Source of the DNA: a virus
Taxonomy: Duplodnaviria > Caudoviricetes
Strand: one strand, 5' to 3'
Virus record (IMG/VR): IMGVR_UViG_3300033068_001847
Span: 120,210 to 184,209 of that record
Length of the DNA: 64,000 bases
The notes beneath the pieces were generated by a model. It was not told the origin of the DNA, did not search any database, and saw only the letters and a list, made by a program, of their open reading frames with translations. Made by a program: the position numbers and the translations under genes. Of this stretch, positions 31,323-42,001 are shown in pieces (position 1 is the stretch's first letter; each line of letters starts with the position of its first letter).

Positions 31323-31456
31323 GAAGGAGATTCAGGAAAGGATTGAACACATTAAAACTCTATCAAACGGGTATGGTGTTAATGATAAACGTATTAAAGA
31401 ACTCGAATGGGTTTTAAATCTAAAGAATAAAAAAAATAAATCTTATAAAACAGCAG

Positions 31457-32896
31457 ATGGATTGGAAAATAAGTAGGGATTATTTTTATGCTGAGTTATG
31501 TCAGAAATTTGGTGAAGAATATATTTATCAAGCTGGTTATTTTGAAGATAGTTGCGACTATGATTTCAATATAGAAGAATCTTTAGATATAACTTGTACA
31601 CCTCTTGATCATATTCGAAAGAATATTAATAAAACCAACCCTGCAATTATATTATCTACTGGTTCTTTTAATCCTATCCATGATGGTCACGTTCAAATGA
31701 TGCTCAAGGCAAAAGAATGTATTGAAGATAAGGGATATACATGTATTGGTGGTTTTATTGCACCAGACCATGATAATTATATAATGAGTAAATTAGGTGA
31801 TGAAGGTTTACCTATCCACAAAAGAATTAAATTAATAAACAAAGCTATTGAACAATATAATTGGTTAAGAGTTGATCCTTGGTCTGGTGTATTTCATGTA
31901 ACTTCAATAAATTTTACCGATGTAATTTACCGTCTTAAATTATATATTAAAAAATATCTTGGAATTGAAATTCCTATCTTTTTTGTTTGCGGTGGTGATA
32001 ATGCTCAGTTTGCAAAAACATTTGTTTTAAAAGGTAATTGTGTGTTAATAACTAGACCTGAATATGATCAAAAACATTATAATATTTTAAGAGAAATTAT
32101 TTTAAAGAATAAAGAAGCTACTAATTGGGAAAATATATTTACTGGTATTCTTGATAATGATAATTCATCCACAAAGGTTCGAAAGAATTTTCAATACCCT
32201 AAAGATGAAAAAGATTTAATTTTAAGAACACTTGGTGATGTAAAGATTCCATCTCTTTACGATAATTTTATTAATGTTATATCAAAACGTTTTAATTCAG
32301 TAAAGGAAGTTAGGTTATTAAATCAGGTAATTGAATTTGAACAACTGGCTGAAAATAAAAAAATTATTAGTTTAGATCCTTTTATTAAAGGAAATTATAA
32401 TATCGAAATTAGTCGCCTTTATGATACATTTGGGTTAAATAAATTAGGATATGTTAACAGACCAAAGTGTAATTCCTTCAGATTTGAAAAAACCAAAATT
32501 GCGAAAACAGAAGAATACCATCTTTTTGATGATGATATCTGTACTGGTGCAACAATGGAATATGTAGAAAATTTATTAACTAAAGATAATATTAAAATCA
32601 AGGGTAGATTAACTCTTGTTAACGGTATAAATAGCGAGGTATTAGATTTACGTGATTTCATTTATAAAGGTTGTAAAAATTCTGGCTTAGTAATTAAAAC
32701 ACCTACAGGTAAAATAACAAGAGTTCCTTACATTTATCCTTTTGTTTGTCCATATGTTAGAGCTTCAATTCAAGATCCTATGAAATTTTCTTTAGAAATT
32801 TGGGAAGCAAATATTGTATATTACAAAAAAATTAATAACTTTGATATGGTAAAAGAATGTGAATTTTATTATAACCTATTAAGAAAATTTTTATGA
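31457..32896 (+). CDS. Nicotinate/nicotinamide mononucleotide adenylyltransferase fused to a C-terminal type I phosphoribosyltransferase-like domain
   Basis: GSFNPIHDGH (HxGH), VCGGD, SSTKVR; C-terminal LFDDDICTGATM PRPP-binding loop. Confidence 0.8.
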   Translation: MDWKISRDYFYAELCQKFGEEYIYQAGYFEDSCDYDFNIEESLDITCTPLDHIRKNINKTNPAIILSTGSFNPIHDGHVQMMLKAKECIEDKGYTCIGGFIAPDHDNYIMSKLGDEGLPIHKRIKLINKAIEQYNWLRVDPWSGVFHVTSINFTDVIYRLKLYIKKYLGIEIPIFFVCGGDNAQFAKTFVLKGNCVLITRPEYDQKHYNILREIILKNKEATNWENIFTGILDNDNSSTKVRKNFQYPKDEKDLILRTLGDVKIPSLYDNFINVISKRFNSVKEVRLLNQVIEFEQLAENKKIISLDPFIKGNYNIEISRLYDTFGLNKLGYVNRPKCNSFRFEKTKIAKTEEYHLFDDDICTGATMEYVENLLTKDNIKIKGRLTLVNGINSEVLDLRDFIYKGCKNSGLVIKTPTGKITRVPYIYPFVCPYVRASIQDPMKFSLEIWEANIVYYKKINNFDMVKECEFYYNLLRKFL

Positions 32897-34182
32897 TTAA
32901 AAGATCATATACTGAAGTACTCAAAAGGATGATTGTTTTAATTCCTGAAACAGAAGTTGAATTAATAAAAGCTCTGGAAGCTGACTTAGAAGATGGGTTT
33001 TATAAAGCACCAGAAGAAACAGTTCAATGGTGGGCAACATCAGAAACGCTAGAATTATATATTCCATTACCAAAAGAAGATTGGCACTTTGAAATATTAA
33101 GTATTTACACAAATAAATCAATTGAAGAGATTAAAAAAGTATTTTTTACATGAAAATCGAAAAACCGAAACTACTTAAAAGCTATGAATGTTGGATTGAA
33201 AGAGGTGACGGAAATAAGTTTGTAACTACTCATATAGGAACATCGGCATCACAAGCCAGATATCAATTTTATATAGAATTAGATTGTAGTGAAAGTTATA
33301 GTAGAATGTTCAGACTCATAAGGAGTAAGTGTATAGGAACTATGAAAATAGAAAACCATTTCGGTAATCCTGATACATTTGAAAGAATGATTAATAGTAG
33401 AAATATTCCGTTCGCCCGTTTAGGAATGGTTATAGATGTGGATGGTAAAAAGGGTTGGATTGTTGGATCTAATAGTTCTATGAATTTAGATGTAATATTT
33501 GAAGGGACTACTTATTCTTCAAATTGCCATCCAACTTGGCAGACAACATATTACAATTCCGATGGTACTATAGTTAAAAATTTTAAAGAACCAAAAAAAG
33601 AATATAAAATCCAAGTACTCGACCCTAATTACGATTATCCTTTTTAATTATGAATCAAAGTCAGAAAATTAATACTAATTATAAAAATGGTGAATTAGTG
33701 AAATGTTTATTATATGATAAAAATAATCCAGAAAAATATCCTGAGTTATTTGAAATTCAAAAATATAATAAAGATTTCGGTACAGTAGAGTACCGTGATA
33801 ATAAAAAATATGATAGTATTGGTATTGCGTATATTCGTAAAGCTAATCTACTGGAGAAATTTGTTTATTATGTTAAGGATTTAAAAAACATGAATTAATG
33901 AAAAAAGTTATAACTTTAACCTTCGATGCTGATCTTTTAAAAGGATATTCCGAAGTATATACCAAGCATGGTGTTGTTAATTCAGATGTAGTAAATTGTG
34001 CGGGTTGGGTTGTAGATAATTTTAGTTGGTCAATTGAACAATCCTATCCAGAAACATCTCCAAGAGGAATAGAAGCTACTAAACTGAGATCTCTTTTATA
34101 TCAGCAAATTATAGATCAATGTACACCTCAACAACTCAGAGATACTAAACGCTTACGTAAATACATGGAGCATGAATATTGA
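32893..34182 (+). CDS. Run of four small hypothetical ORFs (32893-33153, 33150-33647, 33650-33898, 33898-34182)
   Basis: Overlapping start/stop packing. Confidence 0.5.
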
Positions 34183-35083
34183 ATATTATTTAAAAAGTTA
34201 TCGGGAGAAACGTGGATTTAACGTTGAAAATTATTTAGAGAAAAAGATTATAGCAATTAATGATTTTTTTTCTAAAAATAATTTAGATTCTGCCGTAATT
34301 GGAATATCAGGAGGTGTAGATAGTGCATTAGTTCTTTATTTATTAAAAAGAGCTTCTGAAGAACATAACTCACCAATCAGACAAATTATGCCGATATCTA
34401 TTCCTATACGTAATGTATCAGGTGTAACATCCCAAAATAAAGCTTCATTTTACGCTGACTTAGTGATGGAAAGTGCAGGATATACTTATTATGAAGTACC
34501 ATTGGAAGAAGCTTATAACTCAATTATAAAATCATCATGTGATATCCATGCTAATGAAAATGATGCATGGGTTAAAGGTCAGATGGCTTCTGTATTAAGA
34601 ACACCAGTATTATATTTTCATGCAGCTATATTACAGGGATCAGGATATAAGTCAATAGTTGTAGGGACAACAAATAGAGATGAAGGTGCTTATATAGGTT
34701 TTTTTGGTAAAGCATCAGATGCAATGGTTGATTTACAACCCATAGCTGATCTACATAAATCAGAAGTTTATCAATTAGCTAAACATTTAGGTGTCCCTGA
34801 AAGAATTATTAATAGAAAACCTCAAGGAGATGTTTGGGATCGTAGAAATGATGAAGAAATGATAGGAGCTTCATATGATATGATAGAGTTATTTTTATTA
34901 ATGGAAGATATAGAACCATTTCAGGATTTTTTTTTAATAGATGAAAATGAAAGAAATTTGTTTGATAATTCTTTCAATGCAATCATGGAACTTCACTATA
35001 TAAATAAACATAAATACGAAGTAGGTAATCCAGCACATTTTATTGATGTGATGCAACGTACCGTAAAAGGAGGATGGAAATAA
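34172..35083 (+). CDS. nadE: NH3-dependent NAD+ synthetase
   Basis: GISGGVDS, GTTNRDE, GFFGKxxD, PIADLHKSEV and DEE. Confidence 0.92.
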   Translation: MNIEYYLKSYREKRGFNVENYLEKKIIAINDFFSKNNLDSAVIGISGGVDSALVLYLLKRASEEHNSPIRQIMPISIPIRNVSGVTSQNKASFYADLVMESAGYTYYEVPLEEAYNSIIKSSCDIHANENDAWVKGQMASVLRTPVLYFHAAILQGSGYKSIVVGTTNRDEGAYIGFFGKASDAMVDLQPIADLHKSEVYQLAKHLGVPERIINRKPQGDVWDRRNDEEMIGASYDMIELFLLMEDIEPFQDFFLIDENERNLFDNSFNAIMELHYINKHKYEVGNPAHFIDVMQRTVKGGWK

Positions 35084-35583
35084 TGGGTTGGAAATCAACA
35101 ATAGATATAACCAGAAAAACCGCAATTGATTTGATATTATCAAGATTAGACAGAAGTATCTATGAAGAAATGACAGATGAAGAGTTGGGTGATATGGTTG
35201 AAAATTTAGGTTATGGTGATGATACCGATCTACCATATTATGGTTATAATTTTAATGTAACTGATGATGTTTGAATTCAAAACAAAATATAAAGAATTAG
35301 ACGATAGATCTAAGTTTGCAAACAAGGTGTGTCAATTATTACTTAATAAACATCAATTTTCAACATTCGGTGATATTTCTGATTTAGTTGAAGAGATTAA
35401 AGAAATTAAAGAATATTTTGAGGAACATGTAGATAATATTCACGAACTGGTTGATAGTGAAATTCCTCTTTTCGCTTTATATGAGTTAAAAAATAATGGT
35501 GCTGAAAATTATGGATTTACCGAAGAAGAATATAGTGGTGCTATGGTCAATTGTTTATTAGCTTGTAAAATATTTTATAATAT

Positions 35584-35613
35584 ATGAAGTTAATTATTGC
35601 TGTAAATAATTAA
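35584..35613 (+). pseudogene. Stranded ancestral 5' end of DHFR (MKLIIAVNN-stop)
   Basis: Starts at an ATGA overlap with the upstream gene stop; matches LIVAVNN in the downstream DHFR. Confidence 0.75.
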
Positions 35614-35640
35614 TTACTATTTTCCATACTATTTATTAGT

Positions 35641-36423
35641 ATGGAAAATAAAATAGGGATATATCAAATTATTAATGTTTTAAATAATGATCGTTACATT
35701 GGTAGTTCAAAAAATATAACAAAAAGATTTTATGAACATAAAAGAACACTTGATTTAAATAAACACCATTCTACTATATTACAACGAGCTTGGAATAAAT
35801 ATGGTAAAGATAAATTTCGTTTTGAATATATAGTAGAATGTAACGTTCAGGATTTAATTCTTTTAGAAGATCATTATCTTAAGTTATATAAACCTAAATA
35901 TAATATTTTTAAAAATGCAACTTCTTCACGTCTTGGAATACCACATACAAAAGAAACCAAATTAAAAATCAGTCAAGCTAATAAAGGAAAGAAATTATCG
36001 CAAGAACATAAAATTAAATTTACCAGAAAAGGAATTAAAGTTTCAACTTATACGAAAAAGCTAATTAGCGATAAAAATACTGGTAAAAAACGGACTGAAG
36101 AAGTAAAACAGAAATTAAGTCAAATTAGAAAAAAAGAAGCTGAATCTCCTTTCGTTTTAAAACGACTAAAAGAAATTGGTGCGAAAGGACGTGAAAATCG
36201 AGTATATAAAACAGGTTGGACAGTATCTGAAGAAACGAGGGAAAAAATGATATTAAGTCGATATAAAATTGCGGTAGTATCGTTTGATTTGAATTATAAA
36301 GAACTAGATACTTTTTCTTCTGTAAAAGAAGCTGCTTTACATTATGGAATTGATGCAAATGGTATAAGAAGGAAATTAGATAAAGATAAAACATATAAAA
36401 ACATGATATGGAAGAAGAAATAA
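35641..36423 (+). mobile_element. GIY-YIG homing endonuclease with NUMOD3-type repeats and NUMOD1-like C-terminus
   Basis: GIYQI...YIGSS...R...H...LQRAWNKYG; HTKETKLKIS repeats; TATTTAT at 35630-35636. Confidence 0.92.
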
Positions 36424-36809
36424 ATACCAAACTTGGTCTCATTGTTGCCGTAAATAACTTCGGATATATCGGGTTGGATGGTAAAATTCCTTGGTATTGT
36501 AGAGAAGATCTTAAACATTTTAAAGCTCTTACATTGAACCAAAGTTTGATGGTAGGTAGAACAACCTTCGAACAGTTACCACCTCTTAGAGATCGGGAAA
36601 TCATCGTTGTTGGTCAAGGATATCATACACTAGATGAAGCTCTAGCTTTAAAACCAGATTGGGTGATAGGTGGGGCTAAATTATATACGTCAACAATACA
36701 TTTATGTGATGAAATTCATGTCAGTAGAATTAATAATGATCTAATTGGAGATACAATATTTACGATCCCCGAAGATTATAAAGGTAAAATATTTGAATAT
36801 AAATTTTAA
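36408..36809 (+). CDS. folA: Dihydrofolate reductase
   Basis: LIVAV...IG..GKIPW...DLKHFK...MVGRTTF...PL..R...IGGAKLY...GDT.F. Confidence 0.92.
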   Translation: MEEEINTKLGLIVAVNNFGYIGLDGKIPWYCREDLKHFKALTLNQSLMVGRTTFEQLPPLRDREIIVVGQGYHTLDEALALKPDWVIGGAKLYTSTIHLCDEIHVSRINNDLIGDTIFTIPEDYKGKIFEYKF

Positions 36810-36812
36810 GTT

Positions 36813-37514
36813 ATGAGTCCGTTTGAAAAAGGATTAATTGAAAATAGTAATATCATTAACGCTTATCATTTTGGTAGCAGAGTGTACGGTAGTGATACCA
36901 TAAATTCAGATTATGATTATGTATTAGTAGTTGATGAATTCTTTGTTGCACCTGATAAGAATATTTGTGTGTATACAATACACCAATTTCAAACTCTTTT
37001 AAATAATTGTGATATTCAAATATTGGAATGTTTTTTTATACCGAATAAATTCATTGTTAAAGAAAAACACAGATTTTGTTTGAATTTAGATAAACAAAAA
37101 CTTAGAACAAGTATCTCAACTATTGCTTCAAACAGCTATGTCAAGGGGAAAAAAAAGGTCACGGTTATGAATGACTATGATTTACATGCTGGATTGAAAT
37201 CCGTATTTCATTCTTTACGGATATTAAACTTTGGTATTCAAATCGCTGAACACGGTAAAATTATAGATTATGGTGCAATGAATTATGTACTTTGGGATCT
37301 TTTTAAATTATCTGAACAATACCAAACAGTAGAGTTATGGGAAGTTATTAATACGAAATACAAATCAGTTTTCAACCAATTAAGCAGTTTGTTCAAGCAG
37401 CTATGTCCAAAAGACTTAACAGAAAAAAATAAGAAACTTAATTTAATTAAGATTCTCAAAAAATATAATGTTGAAAATGTTGATTTAGTGGATGAGTTAT
37501 TAACTGTATTGTAA
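36813..37514 (+). CDS. Pol-beta-family nucleotidyltransferase with helical C-terminal domain
   Basis: FGSRVYG...SDYDY; KSVFHSLR. Confidence 0.75.
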   Translation: MSPFEKGLIENSNIINAYHFGSRVYGSDTINSDYDYVLVVDEFFVAPDKNICVYTIHQFQTLLNNCDIQILECFFIPNKFIVKEKHRFCLNLDKQKLRTSISTIASNSYVKGKKKVTVMNDYDLHAGLKSVFHSLRILNFGIQIAEHGKIIDYGAMNYVLWDLFKLSEQYQTVELWEVINTKYKSVFNQLSSLFKQLCPKDLTEKNKKLNLIKILKKYNVENVDLVDELLTVL

Positions 37515-38248
37515 TGAAATTTATAATTGAAACCAAAAAAGGTGAAGTAGTTCATGACTTTTCATTTACGTTGATTCAACGAATTAATGCTCATAACGAT
37601 TGGTTACTTAATCAATCTGACTTAATTAAATATAAGTTAACTGACGGTGAAATGTTACCTGATTTCATACCTGTAGGATCAGTAGATTTTGTAGTGAAGT
37701 ATATTCGGAAATATTATGGTATAACACCAGAACCTGTAAACATTCCTGATGTATTAAATCAGGATAGATTTTTAGAGAGAAAAGTCTATATAGATAAATT
37801 TACTAATGTACTATCAACTACCTCACCATTATTTATAAAAAGTATTAATAAAATTAAAGGCTTTACTGGATTTGTTAGTAAAGTATCTCTAATGGATATT
37901 CCCTCAGAAAGTTTTCTGTGTTCTGAAGTAATAGATATTGATTCTGAGTGGAGAGGGTTTGTCCATAAAAATGAGTTAATTGATATTAAAAATTATTCTG
38001 GTGATCCATTTATATTTCCCAATGTAGATACAGTAAAGGAGATGGTGAAGGAATATGTAAATGCTCCAGTAGCATATACTATTGATGTAGCTATTAATAG
38101 TAAAACAGGTAATACTGTTCTTATTGAATGTCATGATTTCTTTTCATGCGGTTTATATGGTTTTGATTATCACAAATATCCTTGGATGTTATCACAATGG
38201 TATTATGAATTTTTGAGGAAAAACAAACAAAATATATTGCAAATATAA
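37514..38248 (+). CDS. ATP-grasp protein (R2K/DUF4343-like)
   Basis: PVGSVDF, FIKS...K.F.G, SEWRGFV, AYTIDV...LIECH...GLYG. Confidence 0.8.
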   Translation: MKFIIETKKGEVVHDFSFTLIQRINAHNDWLLNQSDLIKYKLTDGEMLPDFIPVGSVDFVVKYIRKYYGITPEPVNIPDVLNQDRFLERKVYIDKFTNVLSTTSPLFIKSINKIKGFTGFVSKVSLMDIPSESFLCSEVIDIDSEWRGFVHKNELIDIKNYSGDPFIFPNVDTVKEMVKEYVNAPVAYTIDVAINSKTGNTVLIECHDFFSCGLYGFDYHKYPWMLSQWYYEFLRKNKQNILQI

Positions 38249-38259
38249 ATTTTATATAC

Positions 38260-38267
38260 TATATTTG
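38260..38267 (+). promoter_or_regulatory. Bacteroidota-type -7 element TATATTTG
   Basis: Intergenic, with TTGC about 20 nt upstream. Confidence 0.55.
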
Positions 38268-38272
38268 TTTTC

Positions 38273-39418
38273 ATGAAAAGAATACCTAGTAATCAAGTTC
38301 ATGAATTTACCACAATCAATGAAATTTTTAATTTTGTAACTGCTGAAAATGTTGATGATTTTCTTCAGGATTTTGGAACAATGCTAAAAAATTCTATCTC
38401 TATTAGAGAATCAATGGAAGAATTAACTAAAACATTAAACTTACCACTTGAAGATTTAGAAATAACATCCTTTAGTTGGAAGGATGATGGTAAAGACGAA
38501 GGTGGTTTAACTATAAGTGTAACAAATGAAATTTAAAGAAAATTCAGATATAGTAGAAACAGCAAATGTTTACTATGATTTATTTCAAGGTGGTTATATT
38601 AAACCTGAAAACATACTTGAAGATCCAGCAGATGTTAAAAGAGTTCAGGAAGCAATTAATATTCTCGAAGAATTTCTTTCACAAGCCGAAGAAGAAGGTA
38701 TTATTATTTCGTTATAATGCAATACGATAAAGACTTTAAATTATTAAAAATACCTGAAGATACTGCTTGGGATAAATCTGATAAGTGGTATAATTTATAT
38801 AGTAAATTTCATAGTTATATGGTGATGAATCATCAATACACTAAGATTTATAATATAATTGATAAGATATTATTCACACCAGTGTATAATATACATAACG
38901 GATTAATCAATATTAAAAACTGGTATAAATATATTTGGGAGGATAGAAATTTTGATTCTCATTTTATTTATACTATATTACAAAGAAAATTGGAATTAAC
39001 TAGAGATTATCAAGTATCCAATAATAGACATAGCGATATTGCATTCACAAATAGGAATATTACAATCTGCTTGAATCTAATTGAGAAGATTAAAAATGAA
39101 ACCTATGAGATGGAATATTTAGATTATACGAAAGATGAATGGATAACTTTACCTAGTAAAAATGTTTCAGCTAATGAATCAACAGGAGAAAAATTTAAAT
39201 TAGTTGAAGTAGAAATTAAAACAGTTAGTGAAAATTTAGATGAATTTTTTGATAAACATAAATCTTCTGTTCGATTTATGAAAAAAGAATTGGAAAAAAA
39301 TAGACCTAACTATGAAAAGAAAGTACTAGCAATATATGTTGCACAATATAATAATACAAAGGCTAAAAAATTACTCTTCAGAATATTAGAAGAACAGTTG
39401 GAATGCTGGTGGGATTGA
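38273..39418 (+). CDS. Three hypothetical ORFs (38273-38536, 38526-38717, 38717-39418)
   Basis: Operon packing; the last ends in WWD, a C-terminus common in phage proteins. Confidence 0.5.
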
Positions 39419-39449
39419 CCGGATTAAAATAATTCGACCATAAACATAT

Positions 39450-39689
39450 TTGATTACTTTAAAGGAATATTATAAAAATAACATCAGTACATTAAAAGGT
39501 ATAAGTAATACAAGTACATATAAACCGATCATTCAGTATAGTCTTGATGGTAAATTTATTAAAGAGTGGTGTAGTACTAAGAGTGTTTGTGAAGAATTAG
39601 GTTTTAATAATAGTTCAATATCTTCTAATTTAATAGGTAGAAGTAAAACATCCAATGGTTTTATTTGGAAATATAAAAATAAAATATGA
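39450..39689 (+). pseudogene. Isolated NUMOD1 DNA-binding domain (homing endonuclease remnant)
   Basis: KPIIQYSLDGKFIKEW...GFIWKY; TTG start and no nuclease domain. Confidence 0.65.
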
Positions 39690-39876
39690 AAAAATACGAA
39701 TATAAAATGGAAATGATTGATTATGTAGGTAATGAACACCACGTCCATCATCCAATAGTAGATTTGAAAGAATTAGGTGAAAATGGTTGGTTATTAATTT
39801 GTACTATCACCGCAGGACCATATGTTAAAGGTTATTTTAGTAGAGAAATAGTACCAGCATTAGTAATATAAAGAAT

Positions 39877-41091
39877 ATGAACACACAACAACAACTCTTA
39901 CGTAAACTAAATGATTTGCCATTCAAAGAAGTAATTCTTAATTCTGGTGGAATGATTTACGCTGTGGGAGGTGTTTTGCGTGATAGTTTCCTAAATAAAG
40001 AATCTAAGGATTTTGATATTATGGTTACTGGTGTTAAGTACGATACCTTACTTGCTCTATTAGAAACTTTTGGAAAGGTTGATCTTGTTGGTGAATCATT
40101 CGGCATAATCAAGTTCAAAGAATTCGGTAGTACGGAGGATATAGATATATCCCTTCCACGTACTGAAATAAGTACAGGTGATAGGGGACATAAAGCATTT
40201 GATGTTACTACTGATCCAGATCTCCCAATTGAAGCCGATTTAAGTAGACGAGATCTAACTATCAACTCAATGGCTATGGATGTTCACGGTACTATAATAG
40301 ATCCTTTTGGAGGTTTAGATGACTTAAAGAAAGGTGTTATAGCTATGACCAATCCTAAAACTTTCTTTGATGATCCTCTTCGTATGTTACGAGCGGTAGT
40401 GTTTGCATCCCGATTTAACTTTAAAATTAATAATGAAACTCTTTTTTTGATAAAGGAGTGTGCAACTAGACTTAAAGAAATAGCTAAAGAGAGAATATTG
40501 ATCGAACTTGAGAAAATTGTTTCTAAAGGTGACCCACAGATTGGTGCTGAGTTACTGATTGAAAGTTTATTATACCATCAAATATTTGGTAATGGTGGAA
40601 AACCTCAATACAATTTCTTTAAAAATGTTAAAACATTAGGAGAGTTTATTTATCGTTTATATGATTTAAAAACATATAGATTTAATGATAACGCCTATGA
40701 TTTTTATAGAGATGTGTTGAGTGGTGATATAAATACTTATAAAGAAATTAGAGCATTAACATGTTTACGTGGTTATGTGTATTATTCCAACATTGGATCA
40801 ATGAGATGTGTATTTTTTGATGCAATGAAGATTTATCCAAAGGTGATTGATACTGAAATATTTCATGATAAATTCTTTAAATTGTTAGTTAATGAATTTA
40901 AATCAGGTAAATATCCATCAAAGAGATCCGATCTTGCAATAAAGGGAGATTACTTAACTAAATTCGGCTTTCAAGGTGAACAGTTAGGTGTTGAATTAGA
41001 TAAATTGATTAGAGCTATACTACATGGTACGGTTGAAAATACTGAACTAGGTGTAGATTACTTTTTTGAACAGATAAATACTGAACCATGA
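39877..41091 (+). CDS. cca: tRNA nucleotidyltransferase (CCA-adding/poly(A) polymerase class II)
   Basis: VGGVLRD, DFD, DLSRRDLTINSMA, DPFGG, DDPLRMLR and ERI. Confidence 0.9.
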   Translation: MNTQQQLLRKLNDLPFKEVILNSGGMIYAVGGVLRDSFLNKESKDFDIMVTGVKYDTLLALLETFGKVDLVGESFGIIKFKEFGSTEDIDISLPRTEISTGDRGHKAFDVTTDPDLPIEADLSRRDLTINSMAMDVHGTIIDPFGGLDDLKKGVIAMTNPKTFFDDPLRMLRAVVFASRFNFKINNETLFLIKECATRLKEIAKERILIELEKIVSKGDPQIGAELLIESLLYHQIFGNGGKPQYNFFKNVKTLGEFIYRLYDLKTYRFNDNAYDFYRDVLSGDINTYKEIRALTCLRGYVYYSNIGSMRCVFFDAMKIYPKVIDTEIFHDKFFKLLVNEFKSGKYPSKRSDLAIKGDYLTKFGFQGEQLGVELDKLIRAILHGTVENTELGVDYFFEQINTEP

Positions 41092-41398
41092 TTTATAATT
41101 TATTTTTTAAAGACTTTTTATTATCAAAATATAAAAGTTTAGAGTTCCAAATAGCATGGTTAAAACCTGAAGTTTGGAACTTTTTTAGTTTCGTGTTTAA
41201 AATTAATGATTACAAACATTATTTTTTATTTTATTTCCAGTTTCTAGGTGATTTATTTAAAATAAACCTAGAGTGGAATAGGGAAAAAGATCATGCTGGT
41301 TTTAATATTGATTTAATGTTATTTGGAGCATTTATCGAATTCAATATATATGATACTAGACATTGGGATGAAGAGAATGAATGTTGGAAAAAATATGA

Positions 41399-41761
41399 AT
41401 GATAACAGTTGTTAATAAATATAAACATACACCCACGATAAACGATATCTACATAGGTAGAGGATCTGTATTAGGTAATCCATTTGTCGGCACTAAAAAT
41501 GTTAACTTAACAAAAGGTAAATACCAGTGTGATTCCAGAGAAGAATCAATTGAAAGTTATGAGCGTTATCTTTTGGAAAAAATTAATATACGTGATACTG
41601 TTATTTGTAATGAACTTAACAGGATTTATAAAATAAGTAAAAGTAGTAATGTTAATCTTGTATGCTTTTGTTCACCCAAAAAATGTCATGGTGATATAAT
41701 TAAGAAAATATTAGATCAGAAATTAGAACATGGAAAAAATTACATTCGAAGAAATACATAA
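41399..41761 (+). CDS. DUF4326 protein
   Basis: YIGRGSVLGNPF...LVCFC.PKKCHGD. Confidence 0.85.
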   Translation: MITVVNKYKHTPTINDIYIGRGSVLGNPFVGTKNVNLTKGKYQCDSREESIESYERYLLEKINIRDTVICNELNRIYKISKSSNVNLVCFCSPKKCHGDIIKKILDQKLEHGKNYIRRNT

Positions 41762-41976
41762 AGAAATGATGGTACAAACTTCCGATGGTATTGAAGGTAG
41801 GGTTATATCATGTGATGATATACATAATATTGAAATAGCTTATAAGGAGATATTGGTAAATGGTAAATATGAATGGGGTGGTGGTGGATTCTTTTGTTTG
41901 GATAATACATGTTTATCTTATGAATCTCTTTTTAAAGTAAATGATTAAAAATACTTGATTTATTTATTTTATATCC

Positions 41977-41984
41977 TATATTTG
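41977..41984 (+). promoter_or_regulatory. Bacteroidota-type -7 element TATATTTG
   Basis: Intergenic, with CTTGA about 19 nt upstream; precedes the Hc1-like gene. Confidence 0.6.
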
Positions 41985-42001
41985 ATTTAAGAAATCAATT
42001 A

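Noticed and set aside
35584-36460. Group I intron in DHFR
   Set aside because: Only about 27 nt before and 35 nt after the endonuclease ORF, too little for a ribozyme core. The putative 3' splice site is not preceded by G, and the N-terminal peptide is duplicated downstream, so splicing is unnecessary.
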